From assembly GCA_964016885.1 (NCBI GenBank), contig OZ024741.1, positions 402,752,001 to 402,816,000 of the forward strand: DNA of 64,000 nucleotides, written 5' to 3'. Made by a program: the position numbers and the translations under genes. How positions within the stretch are numbered: position 1 is the first letter of the stretch; the number at the start of each line of letters is the position of its first letter. Under the pieces are notes generated by a model. It did no database searches and was not told the origin of the DNA. It saw nothing but the letters and a program-made list of their open reading frames with translations. Positions 1-11,147 of the stretch are shown here, in pieces. The DNA is from Eledone cirrhosa (Eukaryota).

Positions 1-1419
1 GGTCTGGTTCGGACCGGACCTCCAGGTGGAGAAAAACTGGGGTGAGGTGACGAATAGGGTGTTTGCACTGACCCAGAAGTGGGCCGAGTGCAAACTATCC
101 CTAAAAGGTCGGGCGGAGGTGGCGAACGCTTACATAGCGTCCGTCATCTATTACCGCTTGACTGTCGTGCCTTGCCCGGGTGAGATCCTCGCCAAAATGG
201 AGCGCGCCCTCTTTTATTTCCTTTGGAAGAAGAGGTCTCCTCTAGTGAGGAGATCCATCTGCTGTCAACACCCTTTGAAAGGAGGGCTGGGGATGCCGTG
301 GCTAAAAATGCGTAAACACGCATTGAGGCTAAGGCACCTCCACGTATTCCTCACCGGTCAACCGGTGTGGGCCCCGTTTGTGAGGCGAGCCTTCCCGAGG
401 CTCGTCTCGCTCACCGAGCTGCAGTCCTGGGTGAAGCAAAGACCGAGAAAACTGGGCGACTGGCACACCGAGTGTGCCCAGGCGCTCACGGCTCTCTGGC
501 AGGCGGACCCGGCTATCGACGGAGACTCCACCTCGTCATTCTATAGAGGGCTGGTGGTTAGCGGGTGCGACGACGCCCTCGGAGAAGCCCTAGGCATGGA
601 GGAGGACGAACTGGCCAGTCTATTCGGTAGGACTTTCGGCCCGGGACCTATGGACAACTTCCAGAAGTCCTTGGCCTGGCAGTGCTACCGAGGGGCTCTG
701 CCCGTTCGGGATAAGCTCTACAGACACGGGCGCCCGGGTAGGGACCCCTCGAAAAAGATCTGTCCCAGATGCGTGCGCGACGAGGAAACCGTCGCGCACG
801 CATTGGTGCACTGCCCGGGCGTTGCCGATCTGTGGGGCTATGTTGAACAACTGCTGTCACGGGTGGGACCAATTAGGTTGACCACCGAGTCCATTGTAAC
901 GATCAAGCCGCCTCCCCCCTTCAAAAATGAAGGAGAGGCGGTCTTCCTCTGTGTAATAGCCATGGTAAAAGAGGCTATATGGTGGACGCGTCTGAAAGGG
1001 CTGAGGTCGGACACCTTTCTCTCCGGCCAACAACTGGTCCTTTTCTTCCGATACCATTTCGGAAGAAGGATCAGGAGGGAGAGAGAGGTGCTCCACTCCA
1101 GCCAGTTTTATGAAAGGTGGGTGAAAGTTGCGAGAATGGCCCGTGTGAATGGGCCTTCTCTCTACCTCAGCCTGTAGGTGGAACAGAAAGAAGGGAGCAC
1201 CCTCTCTTTGTGCTCCCGTGGAGAAGGGTCGCACACTTTTTTTCGGGGGTGTGTGTGACCCCAAAACGATCCCTCCCTATTGAGGACCTTCTTGTTATTA
1301 TTTTGTTTGTTATATTTTTCTTACTCGATTTTTATGTAAACTCCCCCCACCCATGTACATGTCCCTTTCTTTTGTGCCCTAGTGGCAAATAAACAGAAAT
1401 TTATCTGTCTCTCTGTCTG
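1..1419 (+). mobile_element. Tx1/L1-clade non-LTR retrotransposon, copy 1 (3' part; runs off the window start)
   Basis: ORF2 C-terminus to stop at 1177, then a 3' UTR with AATAAA near 1388 and a short TCTG/TCTC tail. Near-identical to 5617-7013. Confidence 0.9.
2..1177 (+). CDS. Tx1-type ORF2 C-terminal portion (RT thumb/wrist plus CCHC zinc knuckle), 5'-partial
   Basis: LSLKGRAEVANAYIASVIYY, GGLGMP and CPRC-x8-H-x4-C (CPRCVRDEETVAHALVHC) are typical of L1/Tx1 ORF2. The frame is open from the window edge. Confidence 0.88.
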   Translation, partial: VWFGPDLQVEKNWGEVTNRVFALTQKWAECKLSLKGRAEVANAYIASVIYYRLTVVPCPGEILAKMERALFYFLWKKRSPLVRRSICCQHPLKGGLGMPWLKMRKHALRLRHLHVFLTGQPVWAPFVRRAFPRLVSLTELQSWVKQRPRKLGDWHTECAQALTALWQADPAIDGDSTSSFYRGLVVSGCDDALGEALGMEEDELASLFGRTFGPGPMDNFQKSLAWQCYRGALPVRDKLYRHGRPGRDPSKKICPRCVRDEETVAHALVHCPGVADLWGYVEQLLSRVGPIRLTTESIVTIKPPPPFKNEGEAVFLCVIAMVKEAIWWTRLKGLRSDTFLSGQQLVLFFRYHFGRRIRREREVLHSSQFYERWVKVARMARVNGPSLYLSL

Positions 1420-1593
1420 AGGATAGTAGACGTGTGTCATATCGCTCTGTGATTTGGATTTTTACCTGCTAATTTTGTGAGTGGATTTTTTTGAATTATT
1501 TTGTATAATTAACTGTAACCCCTAGTCTGGGACTCTAGACGTCGGGTAAATATATTTTCACCCCTTTTGGGGTGAAAAATAAATATTTGAGAA

Positions 1594-3345
1594 ATGTTCA
1601 TCGATATCGTTGATAACGATATCGTCGAAAACGATATCGCCATATTGGAAGCGAACGCCACGCCGACCAAAAAAACAAGCGGGAAAGAGGGAACAACAGT
1701 TCAAACTGTTGAACAACCCCTCCTCTCCAATGAAAAAAAGAATTTCAATTCAAATGAAAAAATTAATTTTCAAGAAAAAAATAACACCACAAATAAGGAA
1801 ACCAACAACATTACAACAACAAACAAAGACAAAATTTCTTTTGCCCAAACACTCAAGAGAGCCACGGAGTACAAAGCCATTGACATCACGAACGCCAAGG
1901 AAAATTTGCTAGAGGCTAGAAAATACGTATCTTTTGGGGAGGATGGTTCTTTTACGATCAACTCCCCAGAAGAAGTGCGTCAACAGATTTACAAGAATAC
2001 CGTAAGCTTCAGAACCATAACCAACGAAACGAGAAAGCCAGCGCAATTGACCGAAAGTCAAATCGAGCTGGTTCTGAAAGAAATTAAAAATGACATACTC
2101 TTTATTCAAAGAGGAAAGCTGTATGCCAGCATTATGGTCCGAATGAAGGACGAAATGCTGGCTCAGAAATATTCGGTGGCACCTATAGTGTCACCACAAT
2201 ACACCTTCTTCCCCACATATAAAGGAAGAAGAACACAAAGGATAAGAATGTGGAGCCCTACGCCAGAAATTAACATCTGGTCCGTCCTAACAGGATTTAC
2301 CGACCTAGATAAGGACATACTAATTTCAGCAGGGGAGTCCACCAGTGGACTGTTCGGGGGGAAAAGTCTGGAGGTTCTCTTACAGATGACACCTGAGAGA
2401 ATCTCCGGAATACCCGACCGAGTGCTACTGGATGGGCGAACCTACATAAATATCACAGTGGAAGGCAGGAGACCCTCATGTTACCACTGCGCTGGCAGAG
2501 GTCACCTGAGGACGGCCTGCCCTCTACTAACAACTAAAAAACCACTGCTACAAACACCACAACAACAACAAAAACAACCAGCACCACCATCACAAAAACA
2601 ACAAAATACACTACCATCTCCACCAGAACAACAAAAACCAACAACACCACCACCACCACAACAACAACAACATCAACAACAGCTCAAGAAAACAACCCAA
2701 AACACGGTCCCACCCAGCCCCACCCCACAGAACACAAATACAAAAACAGTTCATACACAACCCGGAGATATACCCCTCCCCTCCAATACGGAAGAGGAGC
2801 TCATATCGTCGGAAGACGAGGGGGCTCCCTTCCAAAAAGTGAAAAGAAAAAAACGTACACACACCACAACAACAAAAATAACCCCACCTGACAACACAAC
2901 ACAGACAATAAAACGCAAACTCACTCAACAACAACAAGCAAAAACAAACACAACAACACAAAAACTCTACACATACATAAACAAAAACAATGAAAACCTA
3001 ACTTTAAAAATAGAAACCAACCCTTCGATACAAACCGAAGGGCCGAATTTCGTAACGGCAATGGGGCTCCCTAACCTGAAAATGGTGAAAATCCCACTTG
3101 ACATTTTTAAAACTTTAAAAGACATGTACCCTGAGGACGTGGGCCCACCCTGCACCAGGCCACTCAACCGCGTCCTCCTGAAAGGTTTTCCCCTCCCCTC
3201 CTCAAACACCCACACAACTCCAAAGATCCCAACCCCTCCACACACCAATACCCCCACACCACCACAAACCACCACCCCACCCATCAACCCCGCCACCAGC
3301 CCCATGGAAACTGAGCGACCCGAACCCCGGGACGCAGAGAGGTAA
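1594..3345 (+). CDS. Tx1-type ORF1 (gag-like nucleic-acid-binding protein with CCHC knuckle and a Q/P/T-rich disordered C-terminal half)
   Basis: 583-aa open frame with CYHCAGRGHLRTAC (C-x2-C-x4-H-x4-C) and a basic KVKRKKR patch. It lies directly upstream of the APE-RT ORF. Confidence 0.88.
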   Translation: MFIDIVDNDIVENDIAILEANATPTKKTSGKEGTTVQTVEQPLLSNEKKNFNSNEKINFQEKNNTTNKETNNITTTNKDKISFAQTLKRATEYKAIDITNAKENLLEARKYVSFGEDGSFTINSPEEVRQQIYKNTVSFRTITNETRKPAQLTESQIELVLKEIKNDILFIQRGKLYASIMVRMKDEMLAQKYSVAPIVSPQYTFFPTYKGRRTQRIRMWSPTPEINIWSVLTGFTDLDKDILISAGESTSGLFGGKSLEVLLQMTPERISGIPDRVLLDGRTYINITVEGRRPSCYHCAGRGHLRTACPLLTTKKPLLQTPQQQQKQPAPPSQKQQNTLPSPPEQQKPTTPPPPQQQQHQQQLKKTTQNTVPPSPTPQNTNTKTVHTQPGDIPLPSNTEEELISSEDEGAPFQKVKRKKRTHTTTTKITPPDNTTQTIKRKLTQQQQAKTNTTTQKLYTYINKNNENLTLKIETNPSIQTEGPNFVTAMGLPNLKMVKIPLDIFKTLKDMYPEDVGPPCTRPLNRVLLKGFPLPSSNTHTTPKIPTPPHTNTPTPPQTTTPPINPATSPMETERPEPRDAER

Positions 3346-3368
3346 GTGCCTCTTTCTTTGCCACCAAC

Positions 3369-6300
3369 ATGGCTGTCTTAAGAGTGGGTTGTCTAAATGC
3401 GCGTGGCCTGGGCTCACCTTGGAAGCAAGCTAAACTTCTAAGTGACCTCAGGTCACAATGTGTAAATGCGATGGTTATTTGCGAGGCCCGGATCAGCAGC
3501 ATGCGACAGCTAACCCCCACCTTTGATGACTTTGAGATGCACGCATCTCTCTGTCAGCCCGGAGGTGGGGGTGGGGTTGTCGTTCTGCTGCAAAAACATC
3601 TGGGTCTCGCTACACAGACGGTACACTTGGACCCGGAGGGTCGACTCGTGGTTCTGGACCTTGGCAATGGCGTAGGCGAAGCTTTTAGGCTTGTCGCCGT
3701 ATACGCCCCTTTTGGGGCAATGCGGTCGGACTTCTTCCATCGTCTGGAGACTTTTCTAGGGACGTCCCGCTCCTTGCTTTTAGTGGGGGACTGGAATGGT
3801 ATCCTAGATGCACATTGGGACTATGTAGGGGCATGTCCCGATAGAGGGGGGTGTAACAGCCTTAAGGGGTTAATCGGCCGATTCGACCTGGCCGATAGAT
3901 ACCGACTAGATTTTCCGACTGTACCAACCTGGACCTGGTCAAATAACAGTGGTCAATCTAGATCGTACCTAGATAGGTTCTTAGTTAGAATTAAGGATAG
4001 GGACTTTTTAAGTTGTCCAGAAATGCTCATGGTGGGCTATTCAGACCACAAGTTAGTGACCTGCGTAGTCCACCTTGATAGAACGCATAGGCAGGGGCCC
4101 GGTTACTGGAAGCTCAACTTGTCCTTACCGGCAAGTAGAGCTTACAGGGACCGGATTAGAACCTTAGTTAAGGAGCAGTTGACGGGCGCCATCGTCAACA
4201 ACAGGTGGTGGGGCTCTCTAAAAAGAGAGATTAGAGTAGTTTCAATAGGAGTTAGTAAGGAGTTAGCCTCAGATAGAAATAGGAAGGAAAGGGAGTTGGT
4301 AGTTAATGTTGAAGAGGCAATGAGAAGCGGCAACGTGGCCAGAGTGCAAGCGTCGAGAACGGTCTTGAACCAGTTCTTCGACGCGAAACACGAAGGCTGC
4401 GTTGTCCGAAGCAAAATACGTGCTCTGGGAAACGAGGGGACCAAAGCTGTTAGCTGGGCCCGCGTGACAGAAGCGAAAAGTGGGATTAAATCCACTATCC
4501 GGTCTTTGCGAGACCAGGATGGACGGCTGATCCTTGAACCTAAGCAAATGTGCGAGGCCTTTCAAAGGCACTTTGCCCAATTGTTCGGGAGGGGCGGGGA
4601 GCCGGTTGGAGATGTGGATTTCGGTCCATACCTCGACGGCCTGCTGCGTCTTTCGGACAGGGAGGCGAGGTCCTGCGACGGGCCGATCTCAGCTGCTGAA
4701 ATAGGGGATGTGCTGAGCCTATGCGGCAAACGCAAATCTCCAGGACTCGATGGTCTGCCCTACGAACTATATATTAATATGCCGGACTTGTTCCCCGATC
4801 TCCTCGAGGCAGTCTACTGCAACTGGCAAGAGAACGGGAGAATTCCCTGTTCTGTGACCAAGGGCGTAGTCTCGCTAGTGAGGAAGGACGAGAACAAGGG
4901 GGATGACATTAGTAATTTTAGGCCCATAACTCTGCTAAATGCAGAGTTAAAGATTTTGGCGAAGGTGTTAGCGAAGAGGTTGGCGCTTGTCGTGGGGGGC
5001 CTGGTGGGAGATGCGCAGACATGCGCTATCCCGTCCAGGTCCATCCACGACAACCTCCACCTCATGCGATACATCATAGAGAGGGTTGGGAACGAACCCG
5101 GCTTTGGTGGGGCCCTGATAAATTTAGATCAGTCTAAAGCGTTCGATAGGGTGGACCATGGTTACCTGGATGCGGTGTTAGCGGCGGCTGGGTTCGGACC
5201 CGTTTTCAGGGGCTGGATCACTGCCATGCACAGCAGCCGCATCTGCTCTAGAGTCAAGGTGAACGGCTACCTTTCGGAGCCGTTCGAAATCACCCGCTCC
5301 ATCCGACAGGGGTGCCCTCTCTCCTCCCTTCTGTATGTATTGACTCTCGAGCCATTACTGCGGAAGTTGGAGTTGTTGCAGGGCATCCCTTTGGAACCGG
5401 GATTGCGCAAAGCGGTGTCGGCCTACGCCGATGACGTAACAGTAATGGTGTCGACCGCCTCGGAAATCGAGGCGATCGGCACCTTACTAGAGGAGTACGA
5501 AAGGTTGACAGGGGCTAAGCTGAACCGGGACAAGTCAGTCCCGAGTGGAGGGGCAAAGCGATGTCGTGCGACGGTATCGTCGGACGGTGGACGGAGGGCC
5601 CGGTGAAGTTGCTTGGGGTCTGGTTCGGACCGGACCTCCAGGTGGAGAAAAACTGGGGTGAGGTGACGAATAGGGTGTTTGCACTGACCCAGAAGTGGGC
5701 CGAGTGCAAACTATCCCTAAAAGGTCGGGCGGAGGTGGCGAACGCTTACATAGCGTCCGTCATCTATTACCGCTTGACTGTCGTGCCTTGCCCGGGTGAG
5801 ATCCTCGCCAAAATGGAGCGCGCCCTCTTTTATTTCCTTTGGAAGAAGAGGTCTCCTCTAGTGAGGAGATCTATCTGCTGTCAACACCCTTTGAAAGGAG
5901 GGCTGGGGATGCCGTGGCTAAAAATACGTAAACACGCATTGAGGCTAAGGCACCTCCACGTATTCCTCACCGGTCAACCGGTGTGGGCCCCGTTTGTGAG
6001 GCGAGCCTTCCCGAGGTTCGTCTCGCTCACCGAGCTGCAGTCCTGGGTGAAGCAAAGACCGAGAAAACTGGGCGACTGGCACACCGAGTGTGCCCAGGCG
6101 CTCACGGCTCTCTGGCAGGCGGACCCGGCTATCGACGGAGACTCCACCTCGTCATTCTATAGAGGGCTGGTGGTTAGCGGGTGCGACGACGCCCTCGGAG
6201 AAGCCCTAGGCATGGAGGAGGACGAACTGGCCAGTCTATTCGGTAGGACTTTCGGCCCGGGACCTATGGACAACTTCCAGAAGTCCTTGGCCTGGCAGTG

Positions 6301-6790
6301 CTACCGAGGGGCTCTGCCCGTTCGGGATAAGCTCTACAGACACGGGCGCCCGGGTAGGGACCCCTCGAAAAAGATGTCCCAGATGCGTGCGCGACGAGGA
6401 AACCGTCGCGCACGCATTGGTGCACTGCCCGGGCGTTGCCGATCTGTGGGCTATGTTGAACGACTGCTGTCACGGGTGGGACCAATTAGGTTGACCACCG
6501 AGTCCATTGTAACGATCAAGCCGCCTCCCCCCTTCAAAAATGAAGGAGAGGCGGTCTTCCTCTGTGTAATAGCCATGGTAAAAGAGGCTATATGGTGGAC
6601 GCGTCTGAAAGGGCTGAGGTCGGACACCTTTCTCTCCGGCCAACAACTGGTCCTTTTCTTCCGATACCATTTCGGAAGAAGGATCAGGATGGAGAGAGAG
6701 GTGCTCCACTCCAGCCAGTTTTATGAAAGGTGGGTGAAAGTTGCGAGAATGGCCCGTGTGAATGGGCCTTCTCTCTACCTCAGCCTGTAG
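3369..6790 (+). pseudogene. Tx1-type ORF2 (APE endonuclease, reverse transcriptase, CCHC), frameshifted near 5540 and locally out of frame at about 6375-6450
   Basis: EN motifs CLNARGL, VYAP, VGDWN, YLDRF, SDH. RT motifs KSPGLDGLP, FRPITLLN, DQSKAFDRVDH, RQGCPLS, YADD. Split into ORFs 3369-5606 and 5561-6790. Relative to copy 1 there are 2-nt and 1-nt deletions that scramble the CCHC. Confidence 0.9.
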
Positions 6791-7045
6791 GTGGAACAGA
6801 AAGAAGGGAGCACCCCTCTTTGTGCTCCCGTGGAGAAGGGTCGCACACTTTTTTCGGGGGTGTGTGTGACCCCAAAACGATCCCTCCCTATTGAGGATCT
6901 TCTTGTTATTATTTTGTTTGTTATATTTTTCTTACTCGATTTTTATGTAAACTCCCCCCACCCATGTACATATCCCTTTCTTTTGTGCCCTAGTGGCAAA
7001 TAAACAGAAATTTGTCTGTGTGTCTCTCTACTGTCTGTCTGTCTG

Positions 7046-7207
7046 TATGGAGTATATCGTAAGTGTATATGTACCTATGTACATGTGTGTATGTGTCTGT
7101 CTGTGTATGTGTGCATGTCTGTCTGTGTGTCTGTGACTATGTCTGTCTGTGTGTATGTATGTATGTATGTATGTATGTATGTATGTATGTATGTATGTAT
7201 GTATGTA

Positions 7208-7254
<47 letters not shown>

Positions 7255-7375
7255 ATATATACTTGATAACGAGGGGGCAGCCATCATCTATGTATATATA
7301 TATGTATGTATGTATATGTGTGTGTATGTTTGTATGTATGTATGTATATATATATGTGTATGTATGTATATATGT
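7046..7375. repeat. Compound microsatellite (TATG)n/(TG)n
   Basis: Direct reading of the sequence. Confidence 0.9.
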
Positions 7376-7614
7376 TTTCTCTTTCTCTTAATTTCGAGTA
7401 TATTTTTTTGACCGGCCACCTTCCTGGTGGCAAGGTTGTAAAAGAAAAGAAATTGTCATCCCTTGAATCGCAAGAATGTTTTGCATATTTTGAAGGTGCC
7501 AGCTATCGCAGCCATTTGTAGACTATGAATTAGGGAGCTGCGCTTTTTGTCCGCAAATCCAAGTTCGGTCATATGTATGTATATATGTATGTATGTATGT
7601 ATATATGTATGCAT

Positions 7615-7873
7615 GTGCAGTGCCTTTGCTCACTATAAAAGCTTCACGGCACAGGCATTGCTTTATATCTGGAGATCTCTCTGCACTTGTCGTCACATGG
7701 TACCATGGGCCCAGCACTATGTGTCAATAATTGTCACAAGTGTAGTGTTTGTACCAGAGTTTTCAAGTCGCTGGCTGGACTAAAAAGTCAAACTCGTTCA
7801 GTGCATCGGCAGGGGTTCTCCTACATGGATATAAAGTAGTGGCTGTACTCGAAAACGAGTTGGCAGCCACCAT
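7615..7873 (+). mobile_element. 5'-truncated copy of a non-autonomous RTE-derived element
   Basis: Highly similar to 11498-11754. Contains a remnant RTE C-terminal zinc finger (C..CTRVFKSLAGLKS) and ends in CTCGAAAACGAGTTGGCAGCCACCAT. Confidence 0.7.
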
Positions 7874-7892
7874 ATATATGTGTATATATATA

Positions 7893-8229
7893 TCATCATT
7901 TCATTTCATTTCATTTTACGTCCGCTTTTCCCTGCTTGCAAGGGTGGGACGGGAACTGATTCTGGCTTGATTTCTACAGCTGGATGCCCTTCCTAACACC
8001 AACCTCATTTACAGTGAGTGCTGGGTGCTTTTTTGCCGTAACACCTCCACGACCACTTTACAGTGGAATGATAGGGAACCCAGTCCCTATCATCTCATTT
8101 CTACAGCTGAGTAAACTGGAGCAATTTGAAATAAAGTGTCTTGCTCAAGGAAACAACACATCACCCGGTCTGAGAATTGAACTCACAACCTTTTGATTGC
8201 AAGGCCAATGCTCTAACCACTAAGCCATG
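7893..8229 (-). mobile_element. tRNA-derived CORE-type SINE with RTE 3' tail (family A)
   Basis: On the minus strand: A box TGGCTTAGTGG, B box GAGTTCAATTC, CORE-like TTCCTTGAGCAAGACACTT, and tail CCCACCCTTGCAAGCAGGGAAAAGCGGACGTAAAATGA. Four copies in the window. Confidence 0.88.
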
Positions 8230-8483
8230 TATATATATATGTATGTATGTATGTATGCATGTTCTTCTGGTTTTATAATTTCACAAAGTTTTACCAATAG
8301 AGAGTCGGTTTCTAACATAGACACAAGATTCTCTCATTGGAATTTACACATCAGCTAGGTAGATTATGTATGTATGCATGCATGTGTAGATATGGATGTT
8401 ATTGTATGTGTGGATGTGAATGTTTTACGTTCTATGTGTGCATGTGTGTATGCTTAGTATCTGTACATGTGTATATGCAGTTA

Positions 8484-9172
8484 TTAGATGCAAAATTTTT
8501 GGAATGTTTTACATATTTTTACTGTTCCATTAATGGATTGTACTTGTAGTTTCCTAACTAGTTGTGTTCTTTCTGTTCCTGTGAAGCCTAGCTTCTCAAG
8601 ATTTGTATTGAGGCAGTTACTAACATACCCCAGTGCCCCAATAATCACAGGCATAAATCTGAAGGTGTAATCAGGGTGGAGTATCTGCAGATTTCTCATC
8701 AGTTCTGCATAAATATTCTCCTTTTCACTAATCTTTGATATTATATTGACATCTGCTGGGCAGCTAATTTCCACTACTGTGCATGTTTTCTTCTCCCTGT
8801 CCCATATCATAATATCTGGTTTGTTATGCCTGCATTTTATTGGGGTTTTTACTCGAACATTCCACCAGTACTCTTTCATATTATGTATATGGATGTCTTC
8901 CACATTGCTGTAGCTTTTAATGTGTTTATTATCGAGGCTATCTTTTTTACGGATTGCATTGTACAGTGTTTTGGCCACTACATCATGCCTCATAGGTGGA
9001 TAGTACCGTGATGACATCTTTGGACAGCTGCTGATGACATGGGTGATATCCTCGATGTTAGTTCTGCAGAGTCTGCACTTGTTATCACATCTAGGTGTTT
9101 TACCTGTATCCCTATCTCTTTTGTGAATCAGGTGTTTTGTGTTAATTTCCTGTTCTTGGATTGCAAAAGCAT
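8484..9172 (-). mobile_element. 3' fragment of an RLE-type non-LTR retrotransposon (R4/Dong-like)
   Basis: FAIQEQEINT, CRLC-x8-H-x4-C, RHD and HNKPDIMIWD...VVEISCP (PD-D/E restriction-like endonuclease). The rest of the 443-aa ORF is only microsatellite read-through. Confidence 0.85.
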
Positions 9173-9724
9173 ATGTATGTATGTGTGTATGTATGTATGT
9201 TTGTGTGTGTATGTATGTATGTATATATGTGTCTGTGTGTATGTATGTATATGTGTATGTATAGTTGTACATATGTGTGTGTATGTATGTATGTGTGTGT
9301 GTATGTTTGCATGTATAGTCGTATGTGTGTGTATGTCTGTACGTTTTTATGTATGTATGTGTGTGTGTATGTTTGTATATATATGTGTCTGTGTATGTAT
9401 GTATGTATGTATGTATGTATGTTTGTATGTATGTATATATGTATGTATTTGTGTGTGTGTGTGTGTATGTATGTGTGTGTATGTATGTATGTATAGTTGT
9501 ATATATGTGTGTGTATGTATGTATGTGTGTATGTATGTGTGTGTGTATGTATGTATAGTTGTATATATGTGTATGTCTGTATGTATGTATGGGTGTATGT
9601 GTGTGTGTGTGTATATATGTGTAGTTGTATATATGTGTGTATGTCTGTATGTATGTTTGTGTGTATGTATGTATAGTTGTATATATGTGTGTGTGTATGT
9701 ATAGTTGTATATATATATATGTGC

Positions 9725-9756
<32 letters not shown>

Positions 9757-9800
9757 GTATAGTTGTATATATGTGTGTGTATGTCTGTATGTTTGTATGT
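9173..9800. repeat. Compound (TATG)/(TG)/(TA) microsatellite with recurrent TATAGTTG interruptions
   Basis: Direct reading of the sequence. Confidence 0.9.
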
Positions 9801-9801
9801 A

Positions 9802-11105
9802 CGAGGTACGCTCAAGAGGTTGAGAGACTTTTATCAGAGAGTCATTTATTTAACTCAGATCAACACGGAGCTTGAGTTTCCCTCAAAGTAGGATCCTCCA
9901 CCTCCAGTGCACTTGTTGTAGCACTCCAGTCACTTCTTGAAGGTCCCCTTGTAGTCCTCCAAAGTGAATGGATCCAGGGCTATTGTCACAGTCTCCTTTT
10001 TCTCCTCCACATCCTCAAAGCAGATACCCCTGAGTTTCTCATTCAGCTTCGGGAACATCCAGAAGTCACATGGTGCTAAATGTAGGGAGGATGAAGGACA
10101 GGCTTGATTCCCATACCTGACAAGGGTGACCAGGATGGCTTTGTGGCAGGGAACATTGTCCATGGTGCCACTGATCAGACTTGAAGAGTCTGGTCTCTTG
10201 CAATGAAATCTATTTCTGAACTGCCTCAAAAACCTTTACATACTGCTCTTTGTTGACTCTCTAGTTATGGGGGACCCAGTGGATGTAGATGATACCCTTG
10301 CTGTTGAAGAATTGGATCATCATGAGCTTCCCAGTCGACCAGCTTTGCCTGGCCTTCTTGGCTCTTGGGGAGTCAGAATATTCCTACTGGACACTCTATC
10401 TCTTGGTCTCTGGATCATAACAGTAGACCCAGCTCTTGTCACAGGTTACTAGAGACTCAAGGACACTTGGATTCAAAGCAATCCATTCGACCATCTCCTT
10501 GCTGTCATCAACATGCTTCTGCCTTTGACCTTCATTGAGCACCCAGGGAACAACTTTACACATACTTTGTGTATGTTCAGATCGTCATGAATGACTCTAT
10601 GCTCAGTGCCCTCAGCCACTTGAAATTGTTTAGCGATCATTAAAAGAGATGCATGACGGTCCTCATCCAGAAATTTTGTCGACCGACTTTGGCATCCTGA
10701 TGATCCTCTCACTGCTACACTTCTCGTTGTCTCCCACCTGTTCTCTGGCTCCATGAAACCTCTTCTGCCAATGGAAAACAGTCACCCAGCTCATGAAAGC
10801 AGTTTTGATTAATTCATAGGTTTCTGCAGCGTTTTTGCTGAGCATGACACAAAAGTTTATTGCAAATCAAGCCTCCAAGTTGCCTCGAGTCCTGACTGCA
10901 TTGTGGAACCAGTCAACTGTGACAAGAAAGGTATGACAGGTAGTGTTTAAAGTGCTGTAGTGGCCTGATCCTTCAATCTGGCACAAACAGATTTGGTATG
11001 TTAGTTTATTATAACCAACTCAAGGTTGTATTAAAGTGAGAATTATATAGATCAATTAAAAGTGCCTGAAAAGAAAAAGTCTCAAAATCTCTTGAGTATA
11101 TCTCG
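9802..11105 (-). mobile_element. Mariner (Tc1/mariner) DNA transposon, full length (about 1.3 kb), decayed transposase
   Basis: Imperfect ~30-bp TIRs (CGAGGTACGCTCAAGAGGTTGAGAGACTTTT / AAAAGTCTCAAAATCTCTTGAGTATATCTCG) flanked by TA. Minus-strand motifs VFHWQKRF, VTCDKSWVYCYDPETKR, DNVPCH and LAPCDFWMFPKL, with stops and frameshifts. Confidence 0.9.
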
Positions 11106-11147
11106 TATGTATGTATGTATGTATGTATGTATGTATGTATGTATTAT

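Larger units (their letters stand above)
1420..7045 (+). mobile_element. Tx1/L1-clade non-LTR retrotransposon, copy 2, apparently full length (about 5.6 kb)
   Basis: About 170-nt 5' UTR, ORF1, 23-nt spacer, ORF2 (APE-RT-CCHC), 3' UTR with AATAAA near 6999, ending in TCTG-type repeats. Confidence 0.92.

Noticed and set aside
1-7013. The 1.4-kb direct repeat read as LTRs
   Set aside because: The repeat is ORF2 coding sequence plus 3' UTR of an APE-type LINE. There is no integrase, PBS or TG...CA.
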